A DNA stretch of 56,750 nt, filler included, from Jimgerdemannia flammicorona (Eukaryota), in assembly GCA_003990765.1 (NCBI GenBank). It is 3 parts of 3 records of this genome, joined end to end, with 100 filler letters (N's around TTAATTAATTAA, not from the genome) between each part and the next. Parts side by side here need not be neighbours in the genome. Positions count along the whole stretch, not along the records: positions 1 to 18,854 come from RBNJ01002089.1; 2 more parts are not named here. One strand, written 5' to 3'. Shown piece after piece: positions 1-10,200 of this stretch (position 1 is the first letter of the stretch; each line of letters begins with the position of its first letter). A program made the position numbers and the translations under genes. The notes below the pieces were generated by a model that worked only from the letters and a program-made list of their open reading frames with translations, searched no databases and was not told where the DNA came from.

Positions 1-99
1 CCCTAACCCTAACCCTAACCCTACCCCCAACCCTAACCCTAACCCTAACCCTAACCCTAACCCTAACCCTAACCCTAACCCTAACCCTAACCCTAACCC
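1..99. repeat. Telomeric repeat (CCCTAA)n, left end of contig 1
   Basis: About 16 CCCTAA units from base 1, with two variants (CCCTAC, CCCCAA at 19-30). C-rich strand on + as expected for a left chromosome end. Confidence 0.97.
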
Positions 100-912
100 A
101 CGGCTGTGCCTCCGGCCGCTAAAGCCGTGCCCCCTAAAAAGGGCAAGGCCAAGGTTCCCGGTTCAGTGCCCCAGGCTACGCTTGTGAGATCCAGTGCCGC
201 CAGTCCGTCTCCATCCCCTGCTTCGACCCCCACCCCCCTCAAATCATACGCCGCAGCTGCCAAGAAGGTCTCTATCAAGGATAGGACCCAGGCCTACCCC
301 GAGACAGAAAGGGCAGCTGCTGCCGCCACCCTTTCACACATGACCCACAAGCTGACCTCTCATTTGTCACCGACTGAGAAGGGCACTAGGCTGCAGCGCA
401 TCTACGTTGACGGATTTGCCCATCTGAAGATCGGGCAGATCCGGAAGAACTTGTACGATGTCCATGTGATTTTGTCAAAGGTTCTCAACATGTCATATGT
501 CTCGGCATTGACCATTGAATTCCTGCTCCACCCTGATTATGTCACGGCATTCCAAAAGAAGATGAAGGTGCTTGGGTTCTCGGTGCTGTCGGCCTGGGAC
601 CCTGCGCTCCCACGTAACAAGAATGCCACGGAGGCCATAAAGACACGGGTTCTCTAATCATTCCATGCTCGGGTCCGGCAGTTGGTAGGCAAAGCCACTG
701 CGAAGAGGCCTGAGGTGCAGACCTTCTACAGGGCATGAGCCACGGAACTTGGCCTCACCCTCCCCTCCCCCGCCTCCCCGTTGGCTGGCCCTGCTTCGAA
801 GGCAGGTGGTACTGTGGCCATGACGGGTGATATGGCGATGGATTTGGAAGCCAAAGCTTCCGCCTCAGGTACTTCCCACGCTGTTGGCGCTAACGCGCCT
901 GGCCCCCAATGA
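100..912 (+). pseudogene. ORF1 C-terminal remnant, copy 1
   Basis: Collinear with copy 2 ORF1 (…LQRIYVDGFAHLKIGQIRKNLYDVH…GPQ*). Premature stops from CAA>TAA (655) and TGG>TGA (~737). Confidence 0.9.
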
Positions 913-3900
913 GAGTCGGGTTCCTCAATACACATGGACTACCCCAGGACAAGTTCGATGTGCTCAGTCAGTTGATTTGTCCTGCCCTCGACGTTCTTTT
1001 CATATGTGAAACGTGGCACATTCCACTGAGTCCCTCTCCACTCATTTACATGTCCTCCCCTCCGGCATTGCACAGGATCATGGGTCACCAGAATGGTGGT
1101 CTCGTGGTCCTTGTGTCAAACTGTTTCGCCCCTCTCATTTCCGGGTCCTCCGCCGACCCCTTCCATATCCGGCTCATATTCCAGGGCCTAGCTTTGGTTG
1201 GGGTTTACGCCCCCCCCTCTCTTCCCATTGGTGGTTTCCGTGATCTAGTGTCTGGACCCTTCCCGGGTAAGGCCCTCTTGGTCAGTGACATCAATACCCA
1301 TTTCAGTGCCCACCTTGGTGACATCAACTCTAGTCCTCACGATCGGATGGATGTCGTCGACACCTCCTTGATGACGTGGTCATTGAACCACCTTACCTCG
1401 GTGGCTGGATCCACACACGTTGACCACGCGTTCGCCACCACATCCCTCCATGCGTCCCTCACCTGCTCCACCCCTCCTGTCGCTACCGATCACTCCTCCC
1501 TCCTCACTCTCTCCTTCTCCTTCTCCCCCTCGCCGGTTGCTGCCTTGCCTGGCGTCCGTCATTACTCTGTGAGATACCTGACCGACCCGGCCGTTCAAGC
1601 TCACCTTTGGGAATCAGCGGATATCATTTGCGATACCGTTATTAGATCTATCTACTCTATTAGAGACCACATTGCCGGCTTTTACTCTGTAGATGATCGC
1701 CAGCAATTTGTGTATTCCCTTGATGCTCTTTTGACCTCTGGTCTACAGTCTGTCTGTGAGGACATTCTTGGCTCGTATGACGCAAGAGAAATCAGAGCAG
1801 TGCCGCTCCCTAGGCATGACCTCTTCTGCAGTGCATCTTCGATCTCTGATGCCATCCGTGATTTTAAGCAAGCATATCGCTCCACCCCCTCCGCACCCCT
1901 TCAGTCTCGCTCCCACAATGTCCCTGTGTTCGATGATGTGGTTGCTCACTTTACCATCATCTTCGGCCAGCCGGACGCCTCCCTCCACCTCGATGACTCT
2001 GAAGAGGTCTTCCCCCTTAGCATGGGTGCTCTTGGACTGCAATCTTGGTTTGACCAACCTGTGGTTTGGAGGGCTGTCTGCAGCTACCCCCTCTCTAAGG
2101 CATGTGGTGCCAACTCCTTGCACGTCCGGATCCTTCGGGTGATGGCGGGTGAGAAGGACGCCCCCTGTAGCCTTTCAAAAGCCCTCTCGTTCTTCTTCCA
2201 GATGTGCATGGTCTGGGGGCTCACTCCCCGCCACTGGAACTCAGCCATCATTACCCCGGTCCCCAAGAAGGAGGTATCGCGTACGATCGATCAATTTTGC
2301 CCTATTGCTCTGACTGAAATGTTTCGCAGACTCTTCAAGCAGTGCTTGGAAGGATATGTCAAGAGCCGAGGTGGCCTGACAGAAATGTTGTGCTGCTAAG
2401 GCGGCTTCCGAACCCACTTCTCATCTCTATCTCATGTCCTGTTATCGCACGAGACATGGGCTAAGGGATGGGGCCGCCGTGTCTTCTTGGACCTCCAGCA
2501 GGCGTATGATTGAGTCCCCCTCAAGTGCATTCTTTCTCGCCTTGAGGTGCGAGGTGCCGATGCAGCCCTCCATAGCATTATTCGAAGCCTGTTCAACCAC
2601 TGTTCTTATCAAGTAGTTGTTAATGGCCTCATCACCTCTTCAGTCACCACTGAGCGCGGCCTTTTTCAGGACTCCCTCCTCTCTCCCTGGCTCTTTGATG
2701 TCTTTATCAATCCCCTCGCTGCCTCCTTTGATGAGCAGTTCAAGGAGTACGACTTTCCCCTCGGGCTCTTCTTTGCTGATGATATTGCTCTTACCCCCCG
2801 CACTGCCGCGGAGGGGCAAAGGATGGTTGATTTTTGCGAAGATTGGCTCCAGGTGAATGGTATGGAGCTCAATCCCAAGAAGTGTGGTTGTGTTGGCCCT
2901 GCTGACTGTACTGTGCTGATTGGGGGCGAACCCTGCCCGTGACCCACCTCCTACGTGTACCTAGGCGTGCCATACACCAACAAAGGGTTTGACTTTATCA
3001 ACCTGGCATTGCAGAATGCAGCAAAGGTGGAATGAACTCTTGGGTTCTACTGCGCCCGTGGTCCCCTCTGGTCGCCAATGGTCAAGCTGGCCATCATATG
3101 AACTTTCATCAGGCCTCAGCTGGAGTATGGCCTCCCCCTTCTACGTGCCTCCTGTCCGGCTACTACCACGGGGCTTCAGGTGTTGAAGCATCCCGAGCAG
3201 GTCTTTGATGACGCTGTCGCTTGGGCGGTTGGATTTTCTGGCCATCCCTTGCTCAGCAGTTCGATTCTCGGCCTCTCTTCCTTCCTTTGTCGTACGTCCG
3301 ACCTCTGCTGCATGTTCCAAGCCCACCTAGATTGGTGTAGCAAGTCGGGCAACAACCCCATCGGCCCTCTTAGCGAGCGCTTTGTCATGCGTCCCTGGGT
3401 TCTATCATTGACAAGTTTCAGCATTGGACCTCTTGGCTTGACTTCCTTGACTGGTACTGGGACCTCCATCCCCAGATCCACAAGACTTGCTCGCTCTGCT
3501 CCTTCCTCCAGTCCTTCCTCTGGGATCAGCTGCTGCAGGAATGGGCCTCCTCCTCTCAGGCTCTCGTTCGGTATATTACCCTCAAAGGCCGTTTACAGTT
3601 AAGGGGCACCGATCGCATCCTTTCCTTCCCCCCCCGGCTTGTGCGTTCTGCTCTTACCTAGTGCTATGGCTATTTTGGCCAACCCCGCCCCTGCCCCTGT
3701 GGAGATAAGTTTCATCGTGGCCATCTCCTCAGGTGCGGTCTTCTTGACGATTCATATTCTGCTTTCTGAGGTTCTTCAGATTGAGATGAACAGCTCGACT
3801 GGTTTATTAGTGACGAATGGCAGGAGGAACTTCATTTCTACTCTCTTCATGCTCTTCATGAGACAGCTTACCACGCCATTGATGCCATGTGTAATTCTGG

Positions 3901-3955
3901 TAGCCACCTCGCGGTCGGGTTCTGCCTGACCGAGATTACGAAGATGCTTGGGTGA
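909..3955 (+). pseudogene. ORF2: APE endonuclease + reverse transcriptase + C-terminal CCHC-like motif (~1015 codons, disrupted)
   Basis: APE motifs: FLNTHG, LFICETW, GVYAPP, (G)DINTH, (RI)DHAF, TDH. RT motifs: WNSAIITPVPKK, (R)PIAL, (Q)GGFR, FLDLQQAYD, RGLFQxSLLSPWLF, FFADD, LNPKKC, YVYLG. C-terminus CPCGDKFHRGHLLRC…KMLG*. First 496 codons open, then several C>T stops and at least one frameshift. No RNase H seen. Confidence 0.93.
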
Positions 3956-4351
3956 TCGAGCGATCATACATTTTCTTTACTCCCTTCTTTCCCCTCATTT
4001 GCCCAGGTTGGTTCTCCCACGTTGTTGAGAATGCATTGAGTTATTCATCTCATGTCAGTCATTTGGTGTTTGGTTGACGATATGGTTCATATAGTAGGCG
4101 CCGGGCGAATGTGTATTATATCTTAGTCTTTCTTTCTTTGCTTTTTGCATTTTACTATCTCTATGGCCGTGACAAAATGGTTTTATCCAGCCCGTCCATA
4201 GGGTAGTCACCTCTCTGGCCTTTGTTTTGTACTTCTTAGCTAGTTGTTTGCTTCGCTGGCCTTGTTTTGCTTTTCTCATCTTAGGAGTTTTTGTCTTTTG
4301 TTGCTCCAATGTAACTTGTCTTTTCTACAATGAATAAATTCTTACTTGAAG

Positions 4352-4367
4352 CCTAACCCTAACCTAA
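4352..4367. repeat. Interstitial telomeric spacer between LINE copies 1 and 2
   Basis: CCTAA CCCTAA CCTAA between the 3' end TTGAAG and the 5' end GCCACTCAC. Confidence 0.9.
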
Positions 4368-4467
4368 GCCACTCACGGGATTTCCCCATTTGGCAAGACT
4401 CGGCTTTACAGTCCGAAGCTATTCCAAATTAAGAAAGCAGTCACTTTGATTAGCTAAGCCTCTCATC

Positions 4468-4481
4468 GGGTATAAATACCC
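4468..4481 (+). promoter_or_regulatory. Putative internal TATA box in the LINE 5' UTR
   Basis: GGGTATAAATACC(C) is conserved in all four 5' UTRs (4468, ~7390, ~12412, ~17578). A GGTCACGTGACC palindrome follows at 4516-4527. Confidence 0.55.
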
Positions 4482-4579
4482 CCCTTCTCTATTATTTTTT
4501 CGTTGTACAAACAAAGGTCACGTGACCCACATTTCACAATTTCACAAAACAAACAAACATACCTCCACCTATTTCGGCA

Positions 4580-6057
4580 ATGTCGGCTACCTCCTCTGTC
4601 ATTGGCGATGACAGCTCCGCTACCTGCCTCTTTGCGCGCTTCAGTGTCTCTCTCCGCTGTGCTGAATGTCGCGGCATCAGTCTTCTCTCCCTCGGCTTTG
4701 GCGAGGGTAGCCTTATGGCGATGTGCAGGTCATGCGGGGATGTACGACCGATTTCGATGCAGAAGATGACGAAGAGATTGCGATCTCTTCCGATTTGGAC
4801 CACGATGCCCAGCGCCCCCCCAATTCTCCCACGCCCCCGCCCCTCAATCGGAACAAGCGTGGTCACCCAAACACTAGTTTGGGAATGACCCCGACAGCCG
4901 GTCGTGCGGGCCCCTCAGCCGACCCCGATCTGGTCATGGAGATGGCCACAATAAGGAAGCAGATCTCAGATCTACTGACTCAAGTGGCCGAACTGGCCAA
5001 GATCAACGTCTATCTGATGGCGCAGCTTGCTGTGCATCATGCGCCCACCACCCCCTCATCATCTGGTGCTCCTTCGGGAAGTACCCCCACTGCCCCTTCC
5101 ACATCAGCCCCCCCCAAGTCCTCGGCCCCCCCTCCTACTGGTCCTGCCACGAACACACGGTCGAAGGCCCAGAAACGAGCGGATAAGTGGGCCACTAAAG
5201 CCACCGCGTTACAGTCTGGTGTGCTGCTGAAGAAGGTAACTCCCCAGGCTGTTCCTCTGGCCGCTAAAGCTATGCCCCCTAAAAAGGGCAAGACCAAGGC
5301 TCCCGGGCCAGTGCCCCAGGCTATGCCTGTAGGACCCAGCGCCACCAGTCCGTCTCCATCCCCTGCTTCGACCCCCGCCCCCCCCAAATTGTATGCCGCT
5401 GTTGCCAAAAAGGTCTCTATCAAGGATAGGACCCAGGCCTACCCTGAGATGGAAAGGGCTGCTGCCGCAGCCGCCCTTTCGCGCATGACCCGCAAGCCAA
5501 CCTCTCATTTGTCGCTGACTGAGAAGGGGGCTAGGCTGCAGCGCGTTTACATCGACGGATTTACCCATCTTAAGATCGGGCAGATCCGGAAGAACTTGTA
5601 TGATGTCCATGTGATGTTGTCAAAAGTTCTCAACATGTCGTATGTCTCAGCATCGACCATCGAATTCCTGCTCTGCCCTGATTATGTCACGGTGTTCCAA
5701 AAGAAAATGAAGGCGCTCGGGTTCTTGGTGCTTTCGGCCTGGGACCCTGCGCTCCCACACAACAAGAATGCCATGGAGGCCATGAAAGCACAGGTACTCC
5801 AATCATTCTATGCTCGGGTCCGGCAGTTGGCAGGCGAAGCCACTGTGAAGACGCCCGAGGTGCAGACCTTCTACCGAGCTTGGGCCGCGGAACTTGGCCT
5901 TACTCTCCCCTCCCCCGCCTCTCCATCAGCCGGCCCTGCTTCGAAGGCAGGTGGTACTGTGGCTATGACTGGTGATATGGCGATGGATTTGGAAGCCGAA
6001 GCTTCCACCTTAGGTGCTTCCCACGCTGTTGGCGCTAACGCGCCCGGCCCACAATAA
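4580..6057 (+). pseudogene. ORF1 of the telomeric LINE (best copy; ~499 aa reconstructed)
   Basis: ATG 4580 frame carries CAEC-x18-CRSC. A 22-nt deletion relative to copies 3/4 at ~4756 shifts it into the 444-codon frame 4723-6057. That frame has a coiled-coil-like segment, a P/S/A/K-rich linker and a compact C-terminal domain. Confidence 0.85.
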
Positions 6058-7179
6058 GAGTTGGGTTTCTCAATGCATACGGACTACCCCAGGACAAGTT
6101 CGATGTACTAAGTCGGTTGATTGGTCCTGCCCTCGACATTCTTTTCATATATGAAACATGGCACATTCCACTGCATCCCTCTCCGCTCATTCACATGTCC
6201 TCCCCCCCAGTGTCGCACAGAATTGTGGGTCACCAGAATGGTAGTCTTGTGGTCCTTGTGTCAAACCGTTTTGCCCCCCTCATTTCTGGGTCCTCCGCCG
6301 ACCCCTTCTATATCCGGCTCATGTTCCAGGGCTTGGCTTTGGTTGGGGTTTACGCCCCCCCCTCTCTTCCCATTGGTGGCTTCCGTGATCTGGTGTCTGT
6401 ACCCTTCTCGGATAAGGCCCTTTTGAGCGGTGACATCAATACCCACTTCGGTGCCTGCCTTGGTAATGTCAACTCTGGTCCTCGCGATCGGATGGATATC
6501 ATCGACACCTCCCTGATGATGTGGTCATTGAACCACCTGACCCCGGTGGCTGGATCCACACGCATTGACCACGCGTTCGCCACCGCGTCCCTCCACGCAT
6601 CCCTTACGTGCTCCACCCCTCCTGTCACTACCGACCACCCCTTCCTCCTCACTGTCTCCTTTCTCTTCTCCCCCTTGCCAGTTGCTGCCTTGGCTGGCAT
6701 CCGTCATTACTCTGCGAGATATCTGACTGACTCGGTCATTTAAGCTCACCTTCGGGAATCAGTAGATATCATTTGTGATACTGTTGTCAGATCCATCTAC
6801 TCTGTCAGAGACCACATCGCCGGCTTTTGCTCTGTGGAAGATCGCCAGCAGTTTGTGGATTCTCTTGATGCCCTTTTGACCTCTGGTCTACAGTCAGTCT
6901 GTGAGGACATTCTTGGCTCGTATGATGCAGGAGAAATCAGGGCAGCGCCACTTCCTAGGTGGGACCTTCTTCACAGTGCATCTTCAGTCTCTGATGCCAT
7001 TCGTGGTTTCAAGCGAGTGTATCGCTCCACCCCCTTTGCGCCTCTCCAATCCCACTCCCTCAACGTCCCGGTGTTCGACAACGTGGTTGCTCATTCACCA
7101 CCATCTTCGGCCAACTGGATGCCTCCCTCTATCTCGATGACTCTGAGGATGTCTTCCCCCTCAGCGTGGGTGCTCTTGG
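6054..7179 (+). pseudogene. ORF2 APE domain remnant, copy 2
   Basis: ETWH, GVYAPP, LSGDINTHF, TRIDHAF, TDH. Start ATG mutated to ATA. Truncated by the deletion. Confidence 0.88.
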
Positions 7180-7278
7180 TTCGCTGGCCTTGTTTTGCTT
7201 TTCTCATCTTAGGAGTCTTTATCTTTTGTTACTCTGATGTACCTTTCTTCTCTATAATGAACAAATCCTTACTTGAAG

Positions 7279-7289
7279 CCTAACCCTAA
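7279..7289. repeat. Interstitial telomeric spacer between copies 2 and 3
   Basis: TTGAAG|CCTAACCCTAA|GCCACTGAC. Confidence 0.9.
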
Positions 7290-10200
7290 GCCACTGACAT
7301 GATTTCCCCATTTGGCTAGACTCAGCTTTACGGCCCGAAGCTATTCCAAATTAAGAAAGCAGTCACTTTGATTAGCTAAGCCTCCCATCGGGTATAAATA
7401 CCCCCCTTCTACATTATTTTTTCGTTGCACAAACAAAGGTCATGTGACCCGTATTTCACAATTTTACAAATACAAACAAACACACCTTCGCCTATTCCGG
7501 CAATGTCAGCCACCTCCTCCGTCATCAGCGATGATGGCAATACCACCTGTCTCTTTGTGTACTTCGGCGTCTCTCTCCGCTGCGCTGAATATCGCGGCGT
7601 CGGTCTTCTTTCTCTTAGCTTCGGCAAGGGTAGCCTTACGGTGATGTGTAGGTCATACGGGGATGCATGACCGATCTCGTCATATTTATCTTCCCTGCAT
7701 GATGCGGAAGATAACGAAGAGATTGCGATCTCTTCCAATTCAGACTACGATGCCCAGCGCCCCCCGTACTCTCCCACACCCCTGCCCTCAACCGGAACAA
7801 GCGCGGTCACCCGAACACTAGTTTGGGAATGATCCCAATGTCCAGTCATGTGGGCCCCTCAGCCGACCCCGATCTGGTCATGGAGTTGGCCACAATGAGG
7901 AAGCAGATCTCAGATCTGCTGACTCAGGTGGCTAAACTGGCCAAGATCAACACCCAGCTGATGGCGCAGCTTGCTGCACATCATGCACCCACCACCCTCT
8001 CATCATCTGGTGCTCCTTCGGGAAGTACCCCTGCCGCCCCTTTCACATCTGCCCTCCCCAAGTCCTTAGCCCCCCCTCCTACTAGTCTTGCCATGAAAAT
8101 ACAGTCAAAGACCCAAAAGTGAGTGGACAAGCGGGCGGCTAAAGCCACCGCATGGCAGTCTGGTGTGCTGCCAAAGGAGATAACTCCCATGGCTATGCCT
8201 TCGGCTGCTAAAGCCACACCCCCTAAAAAGGGCAAGGCCAAGGCTCCCGGGCCAGTGCCCCAGATTACGCCTGTGGGACCCAGTGCCACCGGCCCGTCTT
8301 CGTCCCCTGCTTTGACCCCTGCCCCCCACAAATCTTACGCCGCCACCACCAAGAAGGTCTCTATCAAGGATAGGACTCAGGCCTACCCCAAGACGGAAAG
8401 GACAGCTGCTGCTGCCGCCCTTTCATGCATGACATGTAAGCCGACCTCTCATTTGTCGCCGACTGAGAAGGGAGCTAGGCTCCAGTGCATTTATGTTGAC
8501 GGATTTGCCCATCTTAAGATTGGGTATTTCCGGAAGAACTTGTACAACGTCCATGTGTTGTTGTCAAAAGTTCTCAACATGTCATATGTCTGAGAGTCGA
8601 CCATCGAATTTCTGCTCTGTCTTGATTATGTTATGGTATTCCAAAAGAAAATGAATGCGCTCGGGTTCTCAGTGCTATTGGCCTGAGACCCTGCGCTCCC
8701 ATGCAACAAGAATGCCATGGAGGCCATGAAGATACTGCGAAGAGGCCCAAGGTGCAGACCTTCTACCGAGTTTGGGCTGTGGAACTCGGCCTAGCTCTCC
8801 CCTCCCCCGCCTCCCCATCGGCCAGCCCTGCTTCAGGGGCAGGTGGTACTGTGGCCATGACAGGTAATATTGCAATGGATTTGGAAGCTGAAGCTTCTAC
8901 CTCAGGTGCTTCACATGGTGTTGGCACTAACGCGCCCGGCCCATAATGAGAGTCGGGTTTCTTAATACATATGGACTATCCCAGGACAAGTTCAATGTGC
9001 TCAGTCGGTTGAATGGTCCTGCCCTCGACATTCTTTTTGTATGTGAAATGTGGCAGATCCCACTGCGTCCCTCTCTACTCATTCACATGTTCTCTCCTCC
9101 AGCGTCACATAGGATCGTGGGTCACCAGAATGGTGGTCTCATGGTCCTTGTGTCAAACCGTTTCGCCCCCCTTATTTCTGGGTCCTCTGCCGACTCCTTC
9201 CATATCCTGCTCATGTTCCAGGGCCTGGCTTTGATTGGGTTTATGCCCCCCCCCCTCTTGCCATTGGTGGCTTTCATGATCTGGTGTCTGATTCCTTTCC
9301 GGGTAAGGCCCTTCTGATCAGGGACATCAATACCCACTTCGGTGCCCGCCTTGGTGACATCAACTCTGGTCCTCGTGATCGGATAGATGTCATCGACACC
9401 TCCTTGATGACATTGTCATTGAACCACCTGACCCCAGTGGCTAGATCCACACGTTTTGATCATGCGTTTGCCACCGCATCCCTCGTTGCTACCAATCACT
9501 CCTCCCTCCTCACTATCTCCTTTCCTTTCTCCCCCTTGCCGGTTGCTGCCTTGGCTGGCATCTGTCGTTACTCTGCGAGATATCTGACAGATCCAGTCAT
9601 TCAAGCTCACCTTTGGGAATCAGCAGATATCATTTGTGATACCGTTATCAGGTCTATCTACTCTGTCAGGGACCATATCACCGGCTTTCGCTCCGTGGAA
9701 GATCGCCAGCAGTTTGTGGATTCTCTTGATGCTCTTTTGACCTCTGGTCAACAGTCAGTCTGTGAGGACATTCTTGGCTCATATGATACAAAAGAAATCA
9801 GAGCAGCACTGCTCCCTAGGCAAGACCTCCTTCACAGTGTATCTTCAGTCTCTGATGCTATCCATGGTTTTAAGTGAGCATACCACTCTACCCCCTCCAT
9901 GCCTCTTCAGTCTCGCTCCCCCAATGTCCCAGTGTTCAATGACGTGGTTGCTCATTTGACCACCATCTTCAGCCAACCAGATGCCTCCCTTCGCCTCGAT
10001 GACTCTGAGGATGTCTTCCCCCTCAGCATGGGTGCTCTTGGACTGCAGTCTTGGTTCGACCAACCTGTGGTTTAGAGAGCTGTCCGCAGCTACCCTTTCT
10101 CAAAGGTATGTGGTGCCAACTCCTTGTATGTCCAGATCCTTCGGGTGATGGCAGGTGAGAAGGACGCCCCCTGTAGTCTTTCGAAGGCCCTCTCATTCTT

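Larger units (their letters stand above)
97..4351 (+). mobile_element. Telomeric non-LTR retrotransposon copy 1 (5'-truncated, capped by telomere)
   Basis: Starts mid-ORF1 directly after the telomere. Contains an ORF1 remnant, APE-RT ORF2 and a ~400-nt 3' UTR with AATAAA (4333-4338). Ends ...CTTACTTGAAG followed by CCTAACCCTAA. Confidence 0.95.
4368..7278 (+). mobile_element. Telomeric LINE copy 2 (full 5' end, ~2.2-kb internal deletion removing RT)
   Basis: 5' UTR, ORF1 and APE present. At ~7179 the sequence jumps from GGTGCTCTTGG (copy 1 position 2035) to TTCGCTGGCC (copy 1 position 4252), keeping only the last ~100 nt. Confidence 0.93.

Noticed and set aside
4368..4470. Possible self-cleaving ribozyme (HDV-like or hammerhead) at the LINE 5' end
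   Set aside because: Short stems exist (GCCA/TGGC, GCTT/AAGC, AGTCA/TGATT), but I could not fit the HDV nested double pseudoknot or the hammerhead core by eye. An RNAmotif/Infernal search is needed.
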